Source of the DNA: the human T2T-CHM13v2.0 reference genome, Homo sapiens
Direction: 5' to 3' (one strand)
DNA: 64,000 bases
Assembly: GCF_009914755.1 (NCBI RefSeq)
Contig: NC_060948.1
Both the position numbers and the translations under genes were made by a program. Below, in pieces: positions 56,982 to 64,000 of the stretch (positions within the stretch are counted from its first letter, which is position 1; each line of letters begins with the position of its first letter). A model generated the notes under the pieces. It was not told where the DNA came from and did no database searches. It worked only from the letters and a program-made list of their open reading frames with translations.

Positions 56982-59900
56982 TGGAAAGGCTGGGTGACGA
57001 AAGGAATTGACTCCAATGGAATGGAATCGAATGGAATGGAAGAGAATAGAATCGAACTAAATCGAATGGAATGGAATTGATAGGAACGGAATGGAAAGGA
57101 ATGCAATCATTTGGCATGGAATGGAATCGAATGGCATCGAATGGAATGGAATGGAATGCAATGGAATGGAATGTATTAGAATGTAATGAACTTTAATGGA
57201 ATGTACCCGAATGGAATCGACTGGAATGGAATGTTCTGGAAGTGAATGGACTCCAATGGAATGGATTCAAAAGGAATGGAATCGTACGGAATGGAATCTA
57301 ATGGAATGGAATTAAATGGAAATGAATCAAACTGAATAGAACGGAATTGAATTGAATGGAATCGAATGCAATGGAATCTAATGAAACGGAAAGGAAAGGA
57401 ATGGAATGGAATGGAATGGGCTGGAATGGAAAGGAATCGAAACGAATGGAATGGAATCGAACTGAAGAGACTGGAATGGAATGCACTGGATGGAAGGGAG
57501 TGTAATGGAAGGTTCTCGAAAAAAATGGAATCGAATGGAATGGAATTGAATGGAACGGAATAGAGTCGAATGGAATTGAATGGAATGGAATGGACTAGAG
57601 TGAAATGGAATCGAACCACAAGGAATGGACAGGAATAGAATGGTCTCGAATTGAATGGAATCGTATGGAATGGCATCAAACGGAATGGAATGGACAGCCA
57701 CGGAATGGAATGCACTCGAATGCAATGGAGTCGAAACTAATGGACTGGAATAGAATGGACTCGACTGGTACGGACTCCAATGGAATGGAATCGAATGGAA
57801 AGGAATCGAACGGAATGGACTCGAAGGGAAAAGACTGCAATGGAAAGGTCTCGAATGGAATGGAAATTAATGGAATGGAATGGAATCGAATGAAATGGAG
57901 TCAAAAGGAATGGAATCGAATGGCAAGAAATCGAATGTAATGGAATCGCAAGGAATTGATGTGAACGGAACGGAATGGAATGGAATCCAAAGGAATGGAA
58001 TAGAATGGAATGGAATCGAATGGAAAGGACTCGAATGGAAATCACTCGAATAGAATGCAATTTAATAAAATAGGATCAAATGTAATGGAATGGAATGGAA
58101 AGGAATCGAAACGAAAGGAATGGAGACAGATGGAATGGAATGGAACAGAGAGCAATGGTATAGAATGGAATGGAATCATCTGGAATGGAATTGAATGGAA
58201 TGGAATAATATGAAATGGAATGGAATGGAATGGAATGGAATGCCCTTGAATTAAATGGACTGGAATGGAATGGACTCGAACAGAGTGGAATGGAAAGTGT
58301 TGAGATAGAATGGAATGGACTCCTTTGGAATGCTGTAGTATGCAATGCAATCGACTGGCAGGGAATCAAAAGGAATGTAATCGAATGGATTGGACTGGAA
58401 TGCAATGGACTCGAATAGATTGGAAACGGAATGCAAAGGAATGGAATGGAATAGTATGGAATGGAATGGAAAGGAATGGAGTGGAATAGACTAGAGTGGA
58501 ATGGAATGGACTCGAAAGCAATGGACTGGAATGGAACTTTCTTGAATGGACTGGAATCAAACGGAATGGAATGCAATGCAATCAAATGGCATGGAATAAA
58601 ATAGAATGAAAGAGAATCAAATGGAATTGAATCGAATGGAATCGAATGGATTGGAAAGGAATAGAATGGAATGGAATGGAATTGACTCAAATGGAATGGA
58701 CTAGAATGGAATGGATTCGAATGGAAGGCAAAGGAATGGAATCTATTGGAATGGACTGTAATGGAATGGAATGGAAGGGATTGGAATGGACTCGAATGGA
58801 ATGGACTGCAATAGAAAGGATTCGAATGGAATGAAAAAGAATTGAATGGAATAGAACAGAATGGAATCAAATCGAATGAAATGGAATGGAATAGAAAGGA
58901 ATGGAATGAAATGGAATGGAAAGGATTCGAATGGAATGCAATCGAATGGAATGGAATCGAACGGAATGGAATAAAATGGAAGAAAACTGGCAAGAAATGG
59001 AATCGAAATGAATGGAGTGTTATGGAACGGACTCAAAAGGAATTGAATGTAATAGAATGGAGTGGAGTTGACTCGAATATAATGGACTGGAATGGAATGA
59101 AATCACATGGAATGGGAACGAATGGAATGGAATGGAAAGGAATGGAATCGAATGGAAAGGAATCGAATGGAAGGGAATGAAATTGAATCAACAGGAATGG
59201 AAGGGAATAGAATAGACGGTAATGGAATGGACTCGAATAGAATGGACACGAATGCTCAAATTGAATGGACTCGAATGGAATGGAAACGAAAGGAATGTCA
59301 TCGAATGGAATTGAATCGATTGGAATGAAATCGCATAGAATGGAGTGGAATCAAATGGAATTGAATCGAAAGGAAAGGAAGCGAATGGACTGAAATGAAA
59401 TGGAATGGAATTGAATGGAAAGTTATGTAATGGAATAGAATGGAACGAAATTTCACGGAATGCAATCAAACTGAATGGAATCAAATCAATGGAATCAAAT
59501 CAAATGGAATGGAAAGGAATTGAATGCAGTAGATTGGATTGGATGGGATTGGAATGAAATGTACTGGAAAGGACTCGAATTTCATGAAACGGAATGGAAT
59601 GAATTGGAACGGAACCGACTCGAATGGAATGGAATGTCATGGAATGGCATCAAATGGAATGGCATCAAATGGAATGGAATCGAATGCAATGGAGTGCTAT
59701 GGAATGGAATGGAATGCATTGGAATGGAATGTCCTCTAATGGAATGGATTCGAGTGGAATGGAATCGAATATAATGGAGTCGAATGAAATGGAATTGAAA
59801 GGAATGGGATCGAATATAATGGAATATACTGGAATGTAATGTAATGAACTCGAATGTAATTGACTGGAATGGAATGTACATGAATGGAATGTAATCGAAT

Positions 59901-60514
59901 GGAAAGTAATCCAATGGAATAGAATCTAATGCAATAAAATCGACTCAGATAGAGTAGAATGTAATGGAATGGAGTGCAGTGCAATGGAATGGAATGGAAT
60001 GGAATGCAATGGAATGGAATGGAATGGAATGGAATGCAATGGGATGGTGTGGAATGGATAGTAATGGACTGGAGTGAAATGGACTGGAAAGGAATGGACT
60101 CAAATTGAAAGGGCTCGAAAGGAATGGAGTCAAATGGAATGGTCTGGAATGGAATGAACACGAATGTAATGCAATCCAATAGAATGGAATCGAATGGCAT
60201 GGAATATAAAGAAATGGAATCGAAGAGAATGGAAACAAATGGAATGGAATTGAATGGAATGGGAACGAATGGAGTGAAATTGTATGCAGTAGAAGAGAAT
60301 AGAATGGAATGCAAGCGAAAGGAAAGGAATGGATTGGAATGGAATGGAATTCATTGGAATGGAAGGGAATGCAGTGTAATGGACAGGCCTGGAATAAAGT
60401 GGAATGCTACGGTCTCGAATGGAATAAAAATGTATGGAATGGAATGCAATGAAACGGAATCGAATGTCATAGAATGTAATGGAATGCAAAAAAATGGAAT
60501 CCAAAATCATTGAC
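56982..60514 (+). repeat. DYZ1 unit 17 (3533 bp)
   Basis: Landmark (variant GGGTGACGA); 1-bp deletion near 57490; 15-bp deletion near 60255. Confidence 0.93.
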
Positions 60515-63500
60515 TGGAAAGGCTGGGTGTCGAAAGGAATTGACTCCAATGGAATGGAATCGAATGGAATGGAAGTGAATAGAATCGAACTAAATCGAAT
60601 GGAATGGAATTGATAGGAACGGAATGGAAAGGAATGCAATGATTTGGCATGGAATGCAATCGAATGGCATCGAATGGAATGGAATGGAATGCAATGGAAT
60701 GGAATGTATTAGAATGTAATGAACTTTAATGGTATGTACTCGAATGGATTCGACTGGAATGGAATGTTCTGGAAGTGAATGGACTCCAATGGAATGGATT
60801 CAAAAGGAATGGAATCGTACGGAATGGAATCTAATGGAATGGAATTAAATGGAAATGAATCAAATTGAATAGCACGGAATTGAATTGAATGGAATCGAAT
60901 GCAATGGAATCTAATGAAACGGAAAGGAAAGGAATGGAATGGAATGGAATGGGCTGGAATGGAAAGGAATCGAAACGAATGGAATGGAATCGAACTGAAG
61001 AGACTGGAATGGAATGCACTGGAATGGAAGGGAGTGTAATGGAAGGTTCTCGAAAAAAATGGAATCGAATGGAATGGAATTGAATGGAACGGAATAGAGT
61101 CGAATGGAATTGAATGGAATGGAATGGACTAGAGTGAAATGGAATCGAACCACAAGGAATGGACAGGAATAGAATGGTCTCGAATTGAATGGAATCGTAT
61201 GGAATGGCATCAAACGGAATGGAATGGACAGCCACGGAATGGAATGCACTCGAATGCAATGGAGTCGAAACTAATGGACTGGAATAGAATGGACTCGACT
61301 GGTACGGACTCCAATGGAATGGAATCGAATGGAAGGGAATCGAACGGAATGGACTCGAAGGGAAAAGACTGCAATGGAGAGGTCTCGAATGGAATGGAAA
61401 TTAATGGAATGGAATGGAATCGAATGAAATGGAGTCAAAAGGAATGGAATCGAATGGCAAGAAATCGAATGTAATGGAATCGCAAGGAATTGATGTGAAC
61501 GGAACGGAATGGAATGGAATCCAAAGGAATGGAATAGAATGGAATGGAATCGAATGGAAAGGACTCGAATGGAAATCACTCGAATAGAATGCAATTTAAT
61601 AAAATAGGATCAAATGTAATGGAATGGAATGGAAAGGAATCGAAACGAAAGGAATGGAGACAGATGGAATGGAATGGAACAGAGAGCAATGGTATAGAAT
61701 GGAATGGAATCATCTGGAATGGAATTGAATGGAATGGAATAACATGAAATGGACTGGAATGGAATGGAATGCCCTTGAATTAAATGGACTGGAATGGAAT
61801 GGACTCGAACAGAGTGGAATGGAAAGTGTTGAAATAGAATGGAATGGACTGGTTTGGAAGGGTCTAGTATGCAATGCAATCGACTGGCAGGGAATCAAAA
61901 GGAATGTAATCGAATGGATTGGACTGGAATGCAATGGACTCGAATAGATTGGAAACGGAATGCAAAGGAATGGAATGGAATAGTATGGAATGGAATGGAA
62001 AGGAATGGAGTGGAATAGACTAGAGTGGAATGGAATGGACTCGAAAGCAATGGACTGGAATGGAACTTTCTTGAATGGACTGGAATCAAACGGAATGGAA
62101 TGCAATGCAATCAAATGGCATGGAATAAAATAGAATGAAAGAGAACCAAATGGAATTGAATCGAATGGAATCGAATGGATTGGAAAGGAATAGAATGGAA
62201 TGGAATGGAATTGACTCAAATGGAATGGACTAGAATGGAATGGATTCGAATGGAAGGCAAAGGAATGGAATCTATTGGAATGGACTGTAATGGAATGGAA
62301 TGGAAGGGATTGGAATGGACTCGAATGGAATGGACTGCAATAGAAAGGATTCGAATGGAATGAAAAAGAATTGAATGGAATAGAACAGAATGGAATCAAA
62401 TCGAATGAAATGGAATGGAATAGAAAGGAATGGAATGAAATGGAATGGAAAGGATTCGAATGGAATGCAATCGAATGGAATGGAATCGAACGGAATGGAA
62501 TAAAATGGAAGAAAACTGGCAAGAAATGGAATCGAAATGAATGGAGTGTTATGGAACGGACTCAAAAGGAATTGAATGTAATAGAATGGAGTGGAGTGGA
62601 CTCGAATATAATGGACTGGAATGGAATGAAATCACATGGAATGGGAACGAATGGAATGGAATGGAAAGGAATGGAATCGAATGGAAAGGAATCGAATGGA
62701 AGGGAATGAAATTGAATCAACAGGAATGGAAGGGAATAGAATAGACGGTAATGGAATGGACTCGAATAGAATGGACACAAATGCTCAAATTGAATGGACT
62801 CGAATGGAATGGAAACGAAAGGAATGTCATCGAATGGAATTGAATCGATTGGAATGAAATAGCATAGAATGGAGTGGAATCAAATGGAATTGAATCGAAA
62901 GGAAAGGAAGCGAATGGACTGAAATGAAATGGAATGGAATTGAATGGAAAGTTATGTAATGGAATAGAATGGAACGAAATTTCACGGAATGCAATCAAAC
63001 TGAATGGAATCAAATCAATGGAATCAAATCAAATGGAATGGAAAGGAATTGAATGGAGTAGATTGGATTGGATGGGATTGGAATGAAATGTACTGGAAAG
63101 GACTCCAATTTCATGAAACGGAATGGAATGAATTGGAACGCAACGGACTCGAATGGAATGGAATGTCATGGAATGGCATCAAATGGAATGGCATCAAATG
63201 GAATGGAATCGAATGCAATGGAGTGCTATGGAATGGAATGGAATGCATTGGAATGGAATGTCCTCTAATGGAATGGATTCGAGTGGAATGGAATCGAATA
63301 TAATGGAGTCGAATGAAATGGAATTGAAAGGAATGGGATCGAATACAATGCAATATACTGGAATGTAATGTAATGAACTCGAATGTAATTGACTGGAATG
63401 GAATGTATATGAATGGAATGTAATTGAATGGAAAGTAATCCAATGGAATAGAATCTAATGCAATAAAATCGACTCAGATAGAGTAGAATGTAATGGAATG

Positions 63501-64000
63501 GAGTGCAGTGCAATGGAATGGAATGGAATGGAATGCAATGGAATGGAATGGAATGGAATGGAATGGGATGGAATGGTGTGGAATGGATAGTAATGGACTG
63601 GAGTGAAATGGACTGGAAAGGAATGGACTCAAATTGAAAGGGCTCGAAAGGAATGGAGTCAAATGGAATGGTCTGGAATGGAATGAACACGAATGTAATG
63701 CAATCCAATAGAATGGAATCGAATGGCATGGAATATAAAGAAATGGAATCGAAGAGAATGGAAACAAATGGAATGGAATTGAATGGAATGGAATTGAATG
63801 GAATGGGAACGAATGGAGTGAAATTGTATGCAGTAGAAGAGAATAGAATGGAATGCAAGCGAAAGGAAAGGAATGGATTGGAATGGAATGGAATTCATTG
63901 GAATGGAAGGGAATGTAGTGTAATGGACAGGCCTGGAATAAAGTGGAATGCTACGGTCTCGAATGGAATAAAAATGTATGGAATGGAATGCAATGAAACG
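60515..64000 (+). repeat. DYZ1 unit 18 (truncated by window end, 3486 bp visible)
   Basis: Landmark at 60515; one pentamer missing near 61755. Confidence 0.92.

Larger units (their letters stand above)
1..64000 (+). repeat. DYZ1: Human Satellite 3, DYZ1 (Yq12) tandem array; purine-rich GGAAT strand on +; ~18 units of ~3.56 kb
   Basis: Degenerate GGAAT pentamers throughout. Landmark TGGAAAGGCTGGGTGTCGAA recurs every 3529-3579 bp. One conserved AGGCCT (contains HaeIII GGCC) and one conserved GAATTC per unit. This matches the established ~3.56 kb DYZ1 unit. Assignment is from recognition, not a database search. Confidence 0.96.

Noticed and set aside
317-63898. Hundreds of ORFs of 60-319 aa (MEWNG- and FHSIP-rich)
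   Set aside because: They are the direct translation of GGAAT/ATTCC pentamers, which contain no stop codon. They overlap in several frames, are broken by unit-specific indels and show no domain content.
1-64000. CRISPR-like or repeat/spacer array
   Set aside because: No unique spacers; every segment is a degenerate pentamer repeated in all units, and there are no associated genes.
1-64000. DYZ2/HSat1B, Alu or L1 insertion, or an inversion
   Set aside because: No AT-rich or Alu-like block, no poly(A) tail with target-site duplication, and no switch to ATTCC on the + strand. Unit spacing never departs from 3529-3579 bp.
1-64000. HSat2 or telomeric repeat assignment
   Set aside because: Not dominated by the HSat2 CATTCGATTC-type 23/26-bp periodicity and no TTAGGG; the 3.56 kb unit fits DYZ1.
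1-64000. A previously undescribed biological system
   Set aside because: Everything seen is explained by a known satellite and ordinary tandem-array turnover; nothing supports a stronger claim.

Overview
The whole 64 kb window is one uninterrupted, single-orientation tandem array of degenerate (GGAAT)n/(ATTCC)n pentamers organised into a ~3.55-3.58 kb unit (17 complete copies plus one truncated at the window end). Unit size, one conserved HaeIII/StuI and one conserved EcoRI site per unit, and recognisable landmarks identify it as human Satellite 3 DYZ1 (Yq12 heterochromatin). I see no genes, RNA genes, mobile elements, DYZ2/Alu-derived blocks, inversions or CRISPR arrays. All listed ORFs are translation artefacts of the pentamer. 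I found no evidence for a new biological system. The informative structure is array evolution: a recent 7,098-bp dimer duplication, a near-exact 3,579-bp duplication, mosaic units, a deletion shared by distant units, a ~1.4 kb island rich in private variants, fixed pentamer register breaks and a length-variable pure tract. Variant comparisons were made by eye and need alignment to confirm.
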